Notes under the pieces: generated by a model
Told to the model about the DNA's origin: nothing
Seen by the model: only the letters and a program-made list of their open reading frames with translations
Database searches by the model: none
In this document: positions 26,637 through 40,397 of the stretch, piece after piece
Layout of the letters: every line of letters begins with the position of its first letter
Numbering within the stretch: the first letter of the stretch is position 1
From: Eledone cirrhosa
Taxonomy: Eukaryota
Length of the DNA: 64,000 nucleotides
Assembly (NCBI GenBank): GCA_964016885.1
Contig: OZ024743.1
Span: 189,906,001-189,970,000, forward strand
Direction: 5' to 3'
Translations under genes and position numbers: made by a program

Positions 26637-27984
26637 CACGGGTGAAGTCCCAGAAGACTGGAGAAAAGGAGCGGTTGTCTGTATGTCCAAGAAGGGCAAC
26701 CTTGTCGATTGTGACAACTGGAGGGGAGTGACACTTCTCTCCATACCAGGGAAGGTCTATTGTCTAGTGATCCTGAACCGCATGCGTGGCATGGTAGACC
26801 GGCAACTGCGAGAACAACAGGCAGGGTTCCGACCAAAACGTTCCTGTGCAGAGCAGATCTTTACGCTACGCCGCATCATTGAGAGGTACAACGAATTCCA
26901 GAGACCCCTCGCCATCAGCTTCATCGATTTCTCCAAAGCATTCGATAGCATTCATCGACCGTCGCTCTGGAGCATCATGCATGAGTATAGTCTGCGCCAG
27001 AAAGTCATTTCGGCAATCAAACAGATTTACGCTAACTCCAAGAGCTGCATACGGACAGAGGATAGTTACAGTGACTGGTTTGAGGTGGTTACTGGCGTGC
27101 GTCAAGGTTGCTCGCTCTCTCCATTTCTCTTTGCCATAGCCATTGGCTGGGTACTGAGAAGAGCGTCTAAAGACCAGGGTATATCTTGGGTGGGAGAGCA
27201 AATGTTGTCTGACCTGGACTTTGCGGACGATACTGCTGCACTTGCAGAGAGCAAAGCTGACCTGCAAATCATTGTGAACAATATCAATGTCGAAGCAGGA
27301 AGCTTAGGTCTCAATATCAGTGCCAAGAAGACCAAAAGCATGTTATCTGAGACACACCCACCACCAACCAGTGTCTTCATTGAACAGGGGGAGGTGGAGA
27401 TAGTGGACAACTTCACCTACCTAGGAAGCTCCATTAACAATGAGGGCACCATGGACAGTGAACTGCATTTAACCAGCTTGACAAGATCTGGAAGAGCAGG
27501 AAGTTCACCCTCAAAACAAAGATGTGATTCTACAACAGCAATGTGCTGTCCACACTCTTGTACGGAAGTGAAACATGGCACCTTAAGACCAGCCAAGAGA
27601 AGAAGTTGGACGCATTCGATTCCAGATGTGCGAAAGATCCTGGAGATTAAATGGAGTGACCATGTAACAGACCAGGAAGTCAGGAACCGCACCAACCAGC
27701 AGCTAGTCTCTTCCACCATCTGCAAGCGACGCCTGGGCTGGTTTGGACACGCTTTGAGACTTCCCCCGGAGAGACTGGCGAACCAAGTACTTAAATGGAG
27801 CCCGCAGGGAAGCAGGCGGAGAGGGTGACCCAAAATGAACTGGCGCCAGACAGTTGAGTGGGACCTGCTAGCGACAAAGCGACAATGGCGGGACGCTGTG
27901 CAACTGGCTGCGTACCGAACGCGATGGAACACTATGATTGCCTCATGCGTCGCAAGACGCAGGAGCTTCTGAGTCTGAGTCTGA
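26637..27984 (+). mobile_element. 5'-truncated RTE-clade LINE with (TCTGAG)n tail and TSD gtagaggaaa
   Basis: ORF 26683-27828 with NWRGVTLLS, QAGFR, FIDFSKAFDS, GVRQGC, FADD; TSD at 26627-26636 and 27985-27994. Confidence 0.95.
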
Positions 27985-28567
27985 GTAGAGGAAATATATA
28001 GAACATTCAAGTACTCGTATTATAGTCCATTCAATCGACATTATCTGTGCATTAAAAACCTGTCGGCTATGTTCTAAAGTATGAAATCAATGTTGTTTAA
28101 TATATTCAATATTCTGATATGATGACTAAGGCAGATAAATCAGTTTTGCTAAGCTCCTAGCAAGTCACAAGAACAGCATGTGGATTACTCCAGCTGTAGT
28201 TGCTTGATTTAAATTCTAAAGTATAAACACTTAATAACGTCGATCCTTATCCCTGCAAGCTTTCCTAATCCCCTATAAATTTGAAATCTTGTTTAAATTG
28301 AAAAACAAAATCTTCTCTTTTCCGATATTTTGGATATTTTCTTTTGAAATTATTAAATAAGGAAATATTTCAATAGAATACAATTTGCGTTTGTTTTAAT
28401 ATTGTTTAAATATAGAAACAAGATACATTTAAAGTTTTTCTTCTTTTGAAATGTGTATACTATGACATAATAACACACAACATATTCTTTTATTTCAAAA
28501 CTTAAATGTTCCAGCACTATGTAAATTATGTAAATTATGCTTCGACAATTAAATCCATCATCAACAG

Positions 28568-28687
<120 letters not shown>

Positions 28688-29239
28688 TAAAATATTGTCA
28701 GTTTGTCCTGAAACAACGACGACATTTCGCCATTAATCATCACAAGGTTTGGTACGGATATCACTGATATCGAGATGTATCTAAGAATAATACTACATGA
28801 AGTATATTTTAAATCGGGTATCTCAATTACAGGAAATAAGGATTTTCTTTAGTAGGGAGAGAGAAAGAATTAACGTTCTGTTAAAGAGAAGTTGATATGG
28901 AGAAAAGAAAGAAGACAAATCAAACACCATTTCCAGATACATGCATGCCTTTTTTGTCTTTCTCTTCAACTCAAGTTATCTCTCCGTGTCTCGATTCATT
29001 TCTCCCACTCTCTCTCCCTCTCTTGCACCCCCCCCCCCCCCCACACAATCATCTCATTCAGACAACAATATTGATTTGGTTGTAAAAACGAGAAAAATAA
29101 AACTGGTATATAATATTTTTTCATTATAGCCATCAATTTAGTATAAAGGACTTATCAAACTCGATAAGAGTTTTAATGTAACTATCTTTCTATCTATCCC
29201 CCTCCCTATATATATATGTGTGTGTATAACGTCTTCGTC

Positions 29240-30250
29240 ATCCACTTATTATTGGGATAGTCGTGGGTGCAGAGTCCTCAGACACGCTTTCCAGAACGTC
29301 CTATCGGAATCAACTGTTTCTAACTCATCCTGCTTATCTCCATGTGAGACCATATGAGCTCTTTGTCTACCTCTAATTTTCCTACTGGTTGGCTTTGCCT
29401 GTAAAATATGTCTAGCGATTCTTTCCTTAAACATTCTAAATATATGTCAGAAATATCGGAATTATGATCACTTGATTCAGAGAAGTAGCGGCTCTCTAGC
29501 CTACAAGCAGATACAGTAGAAAGCGCTGAATGATGAGCAGGTCAGGGTTAGGTATGCATATACTATTACATCCAAATTCGAATGCAAGCGGCCGAAATGG
29601 GATTCCTGTGAAGGGGTTTTGGAGTAATGTTACTCCATCGAATAACATTACGCTAAAGATCCTTCACTTTTGTGGGTTTTCTGAACTTTATTTAGTCTCA
29701 GGCTGCAGATAACTTGATGATGCTTGATTGACAGCTCAACTCCTCACTTAATATGAACATCCAGCCCAGAATCGAAGAGATCAGCGACAACAAAATAAAA
29801 TACTGATATCTGTCATCGATTTCCTTTACACCATGTATACTTATAGATGTCTTTGTGCTAGAAAAATGTCTTCATAATAAAAAAGCATATTATTAGAACA
29901 GAAGTATAGTAGGATCTCCCCTTTCGCATTTAGATCAAGATAACCGTTCCTTCCAATCACTCCATTCTGTGTCAAGTGATCAGTGCCAATATGTCTATTT
30001 AAGTCTCCCATTAGTATATATGACTCAGTTTAACTATATCCAATGCTGCAGTGACTTCATTAAGGAAGGATCTAAATTCGAATACTCTGTTTGGCACATA
30101 AACTTGCACAATCCACAGAGACCTATCTTTCAGCTTAAGCTCCAAGAGGTAAATCCTGCCTCCGAATGAGATCCATTCCATAACATATGTCAAGTGTCAG
30201 GAAATTGTGAGTGATTTCTGGCCACGTACCTGAGAGCTAACCCATTTCAC
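29240..30250 (-). pseudogene. Old RTE-like LINE remnant
   Basis: IVQVYVPN..FLNEV (APE-like) and ARHILQAKP..RGRQR..W C-terminal motifs. Confidence 0.55.
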
Positions 30251-30327
30251 CATCTCTTCGAGTAGCTTATCGGTGGTTGGTCAAGTGTTGATTATTTGAT
30301 CGGAACAAATTCACTTATCTGATGACC

Positions 30328-30669
30328 GAAAAACAGAAAAAAGAAAAAAGAAAAAAGAAAAAAGAAAAAAAGAAAAAAGAAAAAAGAAAAAAGAAAAAAG
30401 AAAAAAGAAAAAAAGAAAAAAGAAAAAAGAAAAAAAGAAAAAAAGAAAAAGGAAAAAGAAAAAAGAAAAAAAAAGAAAAAAGAAAAAAGAAAAAAGAAAA
30501 AAGAAAAAAAGAAAAGAAAAAAAGAAAAAAAGAAAAAAGAAAAAAGAAAAAAAGAAAAAAAGAAAAAAGAAAAAAGAAAAAAGAAAAAAGAAAAAAGAAA
30601 AAAGAAAAAAAGAAAAAAGAAAAAAGAAAAAAGAAAAAAGAAAAAAGAAAAAAGAAAAAAGAAAAGAAA
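30328..30669 (+). repeat. (GAAAAA)n polypurine simple repeat
   Basis: ~340 bp of G(A)4-8 units. Confidence 0.97.
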
Positions 30670-30985
30670 TGTGTATATAGAAATATACTAGAGTAAAACA
30701 TGTCCAGAGAATCAATTGATAATATATATACATCATCTCTATTCCCAATCAGCATAATTAACCACACAAAAAATCAATTAGACCAGGCTATAAGAATAAA
30801 AGGCATCTATGAAGAAATAGTAAATAAATATACCATTGCGGCGTCTTAGCGCACAACCGCTATAGAATATTTACCCAACATTTCAACAGCACGTGGAAAT
30901 TAATTAAATATACGGTCAACCATACATAATTAGGTAAAAATTAATGTTAGAAATGCTTATATACATACCAGGATTAAATCACTAA

Positions 30986-31063
30986 ATCCCGACCCTCAGG
31001 TTTCGTTCACTTTTGAGATACCTTATTAAGGAAATACTCGAGTGTTAGAGCTCTTCAGGGGAC
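30986..31063 (-). ncRNA. Type I hammerhead ribozyme
   Basis: gtccc-CTGAAGA-(47-nt stem II)-GAAA-CC-TGAG-GG-TC-gggat; GUC site. Confidence 0.72.
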
Positions 31064-32270
31064 AAACTCGCTATTATTTTCCGAAGTGGCCCCCGCCAAA
31101 TATATTTATCTATATTTACATATATATATATTCCTATGAAAAGAGCCAGGGCCCCTCGGATAACCTCCGGACGTTTCGACAGCTAGATCCGTATTCATAT
31201 ATATATATATACACACACACTTATGTGTGTGTGTGTGTGTGTGTGTATGTATTTGTTTTGCAAGATTCCTGATATGAATTCGTGTGTTGAAAACAGATAT
31301 TGTTATATTTGGGGATGGTCCTGTTGCCAGTATTGCCAATAAAATACACACACGCACCATATGATTTACAGGTTCTCACTTTACTTTTATTACTAGTTAT
31401 TGGTTACTTCGTCTACCTCTGCGTGCTCATGCATCTGTGTATATTTCTTCGTAAATTTATGTTATGTATAAACTGTGATAAAAGCCTTACATAGTTATCA
31501 CATAATTTAATCATTTCGGTTTTGATGAATTTACAATGTGTAGAATGTCTAAACGGATTTGGTAATTGTAGAAAATCGTTGTTTATTTGCAGACATTGAA
31601 ATATCTTAATGCTGAGTCACATTTAATTGAGGAGACAAGTCAGTATAATTCCAATGCTTATGTCTATTGAATTACTGAGTTTATGAAATAAAAGAAAACA
31701 CTGTCACGTTTTCTTAAGAAAATGTCACCAATTAATGCGTCATAATAGAAACATTTCTAGAGAAAAGTCACAATTTGTTTTCCATTAAGTTAGTCTTATT
31801 TGTCTATTTAAATGATAAATAAGTATTAAAATGAAAACAAATTACTTTGTCATACAGAAATATTTGTCTGAAAAGTTTTGAACGTAACTTTCCGAACAAT
31901 CAGTCAATAACTTTTTATAGGAAAGGAAAGAATCTCGAAATGATAGGTTTACAAATGAGATTAAATGTTCATCCTTTTGTGAATTAAACACAGAAGCAAC
32001 AGGCATGAGAGAAGCTAGGGTTCATTGCGAGATGATAAGAACAACTCTCAAATTTTCCCCTGTTTTCGTTAAGATAGAATATTCAAAATATTCGTTGATA
32101 TTGATTTCATACTTCAGCATCTGGCTGATTGCTTTTTATGAAATAATTATAATGCTTAGCTCAAGGAAAAATGTGAGGCTAAATCGACTACAATCAGAAT
32201 AGAACTTAGATAGATGGTTAAAAAATAAATGTTCATTTTTTTTTTTATGAAACAAATTTCAATTAAATTA

Positions 32271-32458
32271 TGTGGATTGGCAGTATCGGTAGAGGGTCGG
32301 ACGCCATGCTTTCCAGCATAGTTACGTCCCTTTACGATCTGAGTTCAAATCCCGCCGAGGTTGACTTTGCCTTTCATCCTTACGTGGTCGATAAAATAAA
32401 GTACCAGTAATGCACTGGGTAATTGCTGGCCTTGTGCCTAAAGTAGAAACAATTATTT
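32271..32458 (+). mobile_element. tRNA-derived SINE family 1
   Basis: Near-identical to 16850-17040. Confidence 0.9.
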
Positions 32459-34546
32459 ATTGTTTGCAACACAAAAGAAAAAATAAAGAAATTAAATATC
32501 GAAATTATAGGGAAGGTAGGAGAGAGCAGCAGATTCCACATCCGGTCTAAGTAGTATATCTAAGCTGTGCCCTACTGGCAGATTTGTGAAGGCATTGACA
32601 CCCGCTTCGAATGTGATATTCAAGTAAAAGCTTTATCCACAGATGGTGTTCTGTGAACACTACTAACTGACCCAATATACAATAGGATATCTGCAATAAC
32701 AAGTACATCTAGAAACATAGTTATAAAAGCAATGCAATGAAAATTTAATAGTTCTTGGTATCCAATCCTAACGTTTGGGGACTTGAACGACCACTTTATT
32801 TTCATTCTGGCTGCCGTATAGAGCTCCTGTGTCCTATGTCACCAAACTGCCCCTTTCCATCGCAAAATTGGGCGGAGTATACCCCGCTTGAAGAAGGAAC
32901 ACCGGAGGTGAAGTGGTTGCTGCAGCAGGTGTCACAGGCTGTTCTCCACGGCAATGACATTGTTATTTGGCCTGCGGGATGCAGCTGAGTGACACCACCT
33001 AGTTTGGGGGTGTAGAGTATGCTGCTTACTCCCGTTTTCCCTTACTTTCCATATCTATTTTTTTGTCTGTTTCCATCTCTGTTTTATTGCAAACATTATA
33101 TAATTCCATTGAAATTCATGATGTAATATTAGCATATCATTTAATAAGCTGTAATAAAACATTCGAAAAAATGATAATATAAATGAAGAATTTGGGATGG
33201 ATCCATTCAGCAAATACAAATATAAGATTTTTATCTTCTTTTCACAATATTCATCAAAGAGTAGCGCACTCCATATATCAGTAGGAATAAATTAGGTGAC
33301 TCACTGTTATGGCAAGGAATCTGACCCATTCAAAATTCTCACATGTACTCTGCAGGACTGTGTTTTATCCCAAACCTTTTAATTTTAGCATGTAGATACA
33401 CATCTACACACTAGCTTTCCAAAAAGAAAAAAGTGGGCACATCACATTTCAATGCACACAATAACTTCACACAAACGACCTCACACATGTTTCATCTTCC
33501 AATGATTATCTTTTCTTGGCCCTCTCCCACCTGAAGCAATCCATTATAGCATTTAATTCTGAAAATAGATTTTGTTTGAATTTATGCAATTGATTAATTA
33601 AAAATAAAAAAAAATCGTAAACAAATCTATTTCAAATAACATTATAGATATTTAAAAACGGAAAATAAAGGAAAAGGCAAGGGCTTTAGGGTCACAGAAT
33701 ATTAGGAGGGGAAAAGGGAGAGTGATGGGCTCAAGGCCTAGCATGTGGTGATGTTGGGACTGTGCTCCACGGACAAGACTGCAAAAGTATTTCCACGGAA
33801 TCAATTAAACGAAGAATTTGAAAAGAGTTAAACATTAAAAAATGGACATTTACAACTACAACTTATTTTATTGACGGGAATTAATATATACTCCATTATA
33901 GCATTTCTATGTATTAATTAAACCAAAATTTCTTCTATCATTTAATTTGTGGAAATAAATTTATTGAACAACCATCTTAAGTGAACTTTTAAGATATTTT
34001 GTTTAGATTCTGTTTCCGAATAAGAAAGTTTATTTTATATTAGATTTTATTTCAGAAAAGGCTGCGAATTGGCAAAGTCATTAGAATGTTGGATAGAATA
34101 ATTTGCAGAATTCGTTCCGGCTCTATTTTCTTTGAATTCAAATTCTGCTGGGGTCAATTTTGCGTTTCATCCTTGCGAGGTCAATAACAAAAGTAAAAGT
34201 CCAGTAGTAGGGTTGAATCTTCCTTTATATCGCTTTTTCCCTTCCCCACTCTCAATCCTTCTCTGGAAGAAATTTGATGTGTTGATACTTGGAGAGGGAT
34301 GGGTTCCACCAGGTTTTAAATGCCCCCAAAACGCTGTATGCCACTACAGCATCTCTAGGACTCCACCAGGATTTACAGGACTATAGCTTACCAATTTCAG
34401 AAAACGCACGAAGGTTTCGGAGTGTATTTCATCTGAAACATTTTTTTCTCTTCCATTGTACACTTCATGATTGGTCAAAGGATTTTCCTAAGTTAATTCA
34501 TGGAGCATTTACTGGTATTTAACACACACATATATCGGCATGCATT

Positions 34547-34580
<34 letters not shown>

Positions 34581-34583
<3 letters not shown>

Positions 34584-35020
34584 GTTTCATTTTTTCCGTT
34601 TATCGTTTTCGGTGCACCCGGCCCATTAACCCACTCGATATGCAAATTGGGCTACTCAGCCGTTAATATGCATAAGGTAAGTATATACGTTTAACAATCT
34701 GGCGGGAAGGTATACGTTGCTGACGATAGCTAATAAGCTTGAAACTAGTACAGCGTTCCTTTCTCAGTGTTGAACAAACGAGCAACGATGGTTGCTAGAC
34801 ACTACAGCTTAATACGTGATGTTTGTTTACAAATACACCGAGCATTATAATAAATGTTCGGTGAATCCATACGTGCATGTATATATGTGTGCATGTATGT
34901 ATATATATATATACATACTACTGTACGTCTGTATACATATATGTATGTACGTGTACATACTTATATTTAAGTAACAGCCGTACTAAGACTGGGAAATGAA
35001 ATTTCGTTTCAATTTTTCCG
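34581..35020 (+). mobile_element. Single copy of the ~425-bp HHR unit between (TA)n tracts
   Basis: Same unit as 1-3153; intact HHR core at 34720, predicted cleavage after 34750; ~18-nt terminal redundancy. Confidence 0.92.
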
Positions 35021-35122
<102 letters not shown>

Positions 35123-35650
35123 TATAGATAGATAGATAGATAGATATGTATATATATATATATGTGTGTGTGTGCAAAAAATAAACAAAACTAACAAACC
35201 AAAAGACAATGAAGAAATAACGCTTGATATAGTAAGAAAAGAATCTTTCCATTTCAGAAACTAGTCCTTCATCAGAAGATAGAATGATTGCAAATGCCAC
35301 TTCTTAACCACGTTGCATCAAAATAAATAAAAGAAGAGTAATATAGTATATATTGAATATTTTAACAAATCTATTAATATCGTTTCCAATGTGTAAAATG
35401 TTGTGTTGTTTTTATTCAATTTTTAAAGAAAGTCTTCATTATATAAAACACTTATTTTAGTTAAGTCTTGAAGTATTTTCCTAAATGCATCATTGATTGC
35501 AGATATAGCTGTCAAACTTGATTTAAGTGGTCCATCCTCAGTTTGGACTATAAATTTTGTAAATTGGAAAAAAAACCATATCCTAAAAGATAAATATTCT
35601 AACTTTACACTTAGATGAACTGGCTATCAAAACTGAATGTGATAATATAA

Positions 35651-35830
35651 ATAATTGTTTCTACATTTGGCACAAGGCCAGCAATTATCCAAGTGCATTA
35701 CTGGTGCTTTATTTTATCGACCCCGTAAAGTTAACCTCGGCGGGATTTGAACTCAGAATGGCAAGGGCCGTAACTCTATGCGTCAAAGTATGGCGTCCGA
35801 CCCTCTACCGATACTGCCAATCCACCGCCC
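35651..35830 (-). mobile_element. tRNA-derived SINE family 1
   Basis: Reverse-complement match to family consensus. Confidence 0.88.
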
Positions 35831-36789
35831 TAATGATTAGAAATTAATGTAGGAAAATAAGTTGCATTTAAATTTCTAAATAATTTTGATACCTGAAATA
35901 TTAAGCCATAGCTCTACAATTTCCAAATATATAGAATAGCTAATTAAATCATGTATGCATATATTTTATAATGAATTTAACTACAACAACACCTGATGAT
36001 CTCTTAAATTTCCTTCTCATTGACTCTAGCAATCTGTCATGAATTGTTGCAGTTGTATATAGATGAGAACTATGTTCAGAAAGTAAGGATATATAGAATG
36101 TTTACATTTTTATATTAATATTATTCTATCATTTCGCTACTCTGATAATTCTAATTGATGATTTATTATTTAGATTTTACTTTCAGTATGTAAATATCCT
36201 TTCCATGACTTCAGGCACAATGAAGGAAGAAGAGCATCATGTAAAATAAGCTAGTAAGACAAAGTTAACAAAGTAAATATTTCAATTTCTTTCATGTAAC
36301 TAAGTTACCAATTGAGATGATTACTGTATTTCCCAGCGTCAAAGAAGCTACTTTTTTCCTAAAATAAGTCTCAAAATCTACCATGCGTCCGGAAGGCCAA
36401 AGGTTGTTTATCATTTATTCTTTTTCAAATTTTGGGTTGTCAAAATTAGGGTGCGTCCTCGAGGACGAACCATCTTCAGTATCGATCTGCTCGTCAGACT
36501 GGTGATCCAACAAAAGATATATTTTTGTTGTGGTATGTGAGCCGAGAAGGTATATATATATATATATAGGCATTGGCCCTATTATTTTGTGCGTTGGCGT
36601 TTGTGTGAATTTTGGTGTAATTGGTGATGCAGCAATGCGGGTGTGTATTCACCGATATTCATGAGCACACGAGCAATTAAGGATTTGTGTGCGCATGTGT
36701 GGGCACGTTTTGGAATGTATATCGGTTAGTCAAAGACTTGTTTTGGTGTAAATAGGAAGCAGAGGTTTGTAAGATGTGTCATGCTTGTG

Positions 36790-37005
36790 TCGGTGCTAGT
36801 TTTAGCTAGGTATTTCCCCTGCATTTGCTTCCACTGATCTAGAAGCAGTCAAGTGATTGTCTTGTTTTTTGAAGAATGAGCTACAGATAGATAAATCATT
36901 GACATCATAGAATTCCAGAAGCCTGAAAACCTCCTCATATCTAGCACCGAATCCACAACCCCCATGGATCCCCTCAAAGCAATCACAGTATTGCCCAACA
37001 TGCCC

Positions 37006-37008
<3 letters not shown>
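36790..37008 (-). pseudogene. RTE-type LINE endonuclease remnant
   Basis: NGHVG...GIHGGCGFGAR...RLLEF...SFFKK. Confidence 0.7.
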
Positions 37009-37056
<48 letters not shown>

Positions 37057-37057
<1 letters not shown>

Positions 37058-40005
37058 GAGTGGGAAATGAAATTTTGTTTCATTTTTTCCGTTTATTGTT
37101 TTCGGTGCACCCGGCTGATTAACCCATTCGATATGCAAATTGGGCTACTCAGCCGTTAATATGCATAAGGTAAGTATATACGTTCAACAATCTGGCAGGA
37201 AGGTATACGTTGACGACGATAGCTAATAAGCTTGAAACTAGTACAGCGTTCCTTTGTCAGTGTTGAACAAACGAGCAACGATGGTTGCTAGACACTACGG
37301 CTTAATACGGGATTTTTGTTTACAAACACACCGAGCATTATAATAAATGTTCGGTGAATCCATACGTACATATATATATATGTGTGCATGTATGTATATA
37401 CATATACATACTACTGTACGTCTGTATGCATATATGTATGTACGTGTACATATTTATATTTAAGTAACAGCCGTACTAAGAGTGGGAAATGAAATATCGT
37501 TTCATTTTTTCCGTTTATCGTTTTCGCTGCACCCGGCCGATTAACCCACTCGATATTCAAATTGAGCTACTCAGCCGTTAATATGCATAAGGTAAGTATA
37601 TACGTTCAACAATCTGGCAGGAAGGTATACGTTGCTGACGATAGCTAATAAGCTTGAAACTAGTACAGCATTCCTTTGTCAGTGTTGAACAAACGAGCAA
37701 CGATGGTTGCTAGACACTGTACGGCTTAATACGCGATGTTTGTTTACAAACACACCGAGCATTATAATAAATGTTTGTTGAATCCATACGTACATGTATA
37801 TATGTGTGCATGTATGTATATATATATACATACTAATGTACGTCTGTATACATATATTTATATACGTGTACATACTTATATTTAAGTAACAGCCGTACTA
37901 AGAGTGGGAAATGAAATTTCGTTTCAATTTTTCCGTTTATCGTTTTCGGTGCACCCGGCCGATTAACCCACTCGATATGCAAATTGGGCTACTCAGCCGT
38001 TAATATGCATAAGTTAAGTATATACTTTCAGACGTTCAACAATCTGGCAGCAAGGTATACGTTGCTGACGATAGCTAATAAGCTTGAAACTAGTACAGCG
38101 TTCCTTTGTCAGTGTTCAATAAACGAGCAACGATAGTTGCTAGATACTGCGGCTTAATACGCGATGTTTGTTTACAAACACACCGAGCATTATAATAAAT
38201 GTTTGGTGAATCCATACGTACATATATATATGTGTGTGTAGCGGTTGTCTCCCTTGTTTTGATTGGGATCCTGACGGGAGGTGGAACCCTTTCTGCGACT
38301 TCCGGTCAGAGCCCTATAAAACTAACAACTTTAAGCTTCCTCCCTCTCTTTGCCTTTTCGGCACCAGGTCGAAGAGCCTCTCATTTGGCTCTGCCATTAA
38401 TTTGGCCAACTTGCTACATATTTTCATTTCGATTTTTATACACTAAAATTCTGGCGGGAGGTTATGTAGCGGTTGTCTCCCTTGTTTTGATTGGGATCCT
38501 GACGGGAGGTGGAACCCTTTCTGCGACTTCCGGTCAGAGCCCTATAAAACTAACAACTTTAAGCTTCCTCCCTCTCTTTGCCTTTTCGGCACCAGGTCGA
38601 AGAGCCTCTCATTTGGCTCTGCCATTAATTTGGCCAACAGGCGCCTGGCCTTCGCCAGGCGCCCTCTGCCAGCCGCGTTTGCCTGGCAATCAAAACGTTC
38701 ACACCAATAATTATGCTGATTGAAGCCTTTCTTTTTCATCATTGTCACTTTCAAAATTGCACTATCATTTTCTCGCGCGTTAGAAATATTATTTTTTTTC
38801 AACCTTGTATTGGCACGTGTAGGCAGCACAAATTCTCGATTCACAGTGATGTCTCTACTCACAGACAGCCGCACGCCAGAGATATCATTTATCACCAGGG
38901 ATTCTTCAGCCTTAAGCTATATCCTTCTATTTGCCGGTTTATAAATTTACAATGTAAATTTACAGTTGATAACCGCGCATTTATTAGGAATGCTTATTTC
39001 TCTGGTCGCTGGCCTCTTGACCCTTCCAGGTCAACGCATTCTCAACATCGACTGCTATTTCTAGCACTTTGCGCAACTCATTTTTTCTAAAAAAAATTTT
39101 TTTACTGTGAATTTAAACACCGAATACGCTCACTCAGCGAGACAACAGCAGCAGCAACAGCAATACATCAATACAGCTTCACCAAAGCCAGAGAATTCAT
39201 TTTTGCAGCACTCTTCCTGTGAGAAAATCCATTCGGAGGTTGGAAATTTGACGATATACCACAGAACAGAAACCACCTGCATTCATTCTCTGGAACACAC
39301 TTTCTTTCCTGCTGTCATGTGATTGCACACCTGTGAACTATATTTTGAACTTTGAGCTCTTCTATTACTTTTACTTTATTACATTGTATCTTTGGGTGAT
39401 GGATAGATGGATGTCCAGTCGTTCTCTGGCCAAGAGCGGTTGGCTACCTTGATATCTATCATTGATTTTTCCAGACATTCTTTTGTCGTAATTTTCATGC
39501 CTGTTACAACATTCTCGCCAACTTGCTACATATTTTCATTTCGATTTTTATACACTAAAATTCTGGCGGGAGGTTATGTAGCGGTTGTCTCCCTTGTTTT
39601 GATTAGGATCTAGACGGGAAGTGGAACCCTTTCTGCAACTTCCGGTCAGAGCCCTATAAAACTAACAACTTTAAGCTTCCTTTCTCTCTCTTTGCCTTTT
39701 CGGCACCAGGACAAGAGCCTCTCATTTGGCTCTGCCATTAATTTGGCCAACAGGCGCCTGGCCTTAGCCAGGCGCCCTCTGCCAGCCGCGTTTGCCTGGC
39801 AATCAAAACGGTAACTACTAACTTTGTTTCATTCTAACATCTATCTTTGACATGTCAAGTATTCTATCTACCGTTAATTAAATATTATATACACAAACCA
39901 TGTCTCGTTTTGTTACATTCATGCAACCCAGTATCCTCGCTATATGTGCATGTATGTATACATACTACTGTACGTCTGTATACATATATGTATGTACGTG
40001 TACTC
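37057..40005 (+). repeat. Three-unit array of the ~425-bp HHR unit, last unit split by an LTR element
   Basis: HHR cores at 37213 (mutated ACGACGA), 37635, 38065; unit sequence resumes at 39945. Confidence 0.9.
38237..39944 (+). mobile_element. Small rearranged non-autonomous LTR element (three LTR 5' ends), 4-bp TSD tgtg
   Basis: TGTAGC starts at 38237, 38465, 39577; last two preceded by purine tract ggcgggagg; end GCTATA; TATA-like ctataaaa; TSD 38233-38236 / 39945-39948. Confidence 0.7.
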
Positions 40006-40397
40006 GCATATATGAAGGGAGGTTTTGGTTGTTGTGGAGGACGATGAGAAACACGAAAGATACTTACAATTCTGATTGAATATATATCTTTCCTTCACTT
40101 CAGCAAAAAGGAAAAAGATATGCTTACTTTGAATCGTAAATATATTTGAATATAGTGTTCACAAATGAATATAGTGTTCAAAAAGGCTTCTGTGTTGTGC
40201 AAGATTCTCTTTATTTACAATGAGATGTTGCCTTAAAAGAAAAGCGAAAAGTAATAGTCAGACAGTACGTACCAACAGAGGTAGTAGTAAAATCTTATAT
40301 GATGAGATTCTGCTGTACAAGCGAAGTAGCAGTGAACTGTGTCGTCTAGGAGAAGAGGCAGATGACTAAATATTAGGCCCACATGGCAGTCTATTTA

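Noticed and set aside
30311-30767. Lys/Arg/Glu-rich and Phe-rich ORFs
   Set aside because: Translations of the (GAAAAA)n simple repeat
32860-33000. GC-rich structured stretch as an HDV-like ribozyme
   Set aside because: ggtgtcac/gtgacacc pairs but I could not build P1, P3 and P1.1 in the required order
36470-36505. CTGACGA and CTGAAGA on the minus strand
   Set aside because: No correctly placed GAAA...UH or stem I; same for isolated CTGATGA near 30319, 35993 and 46124
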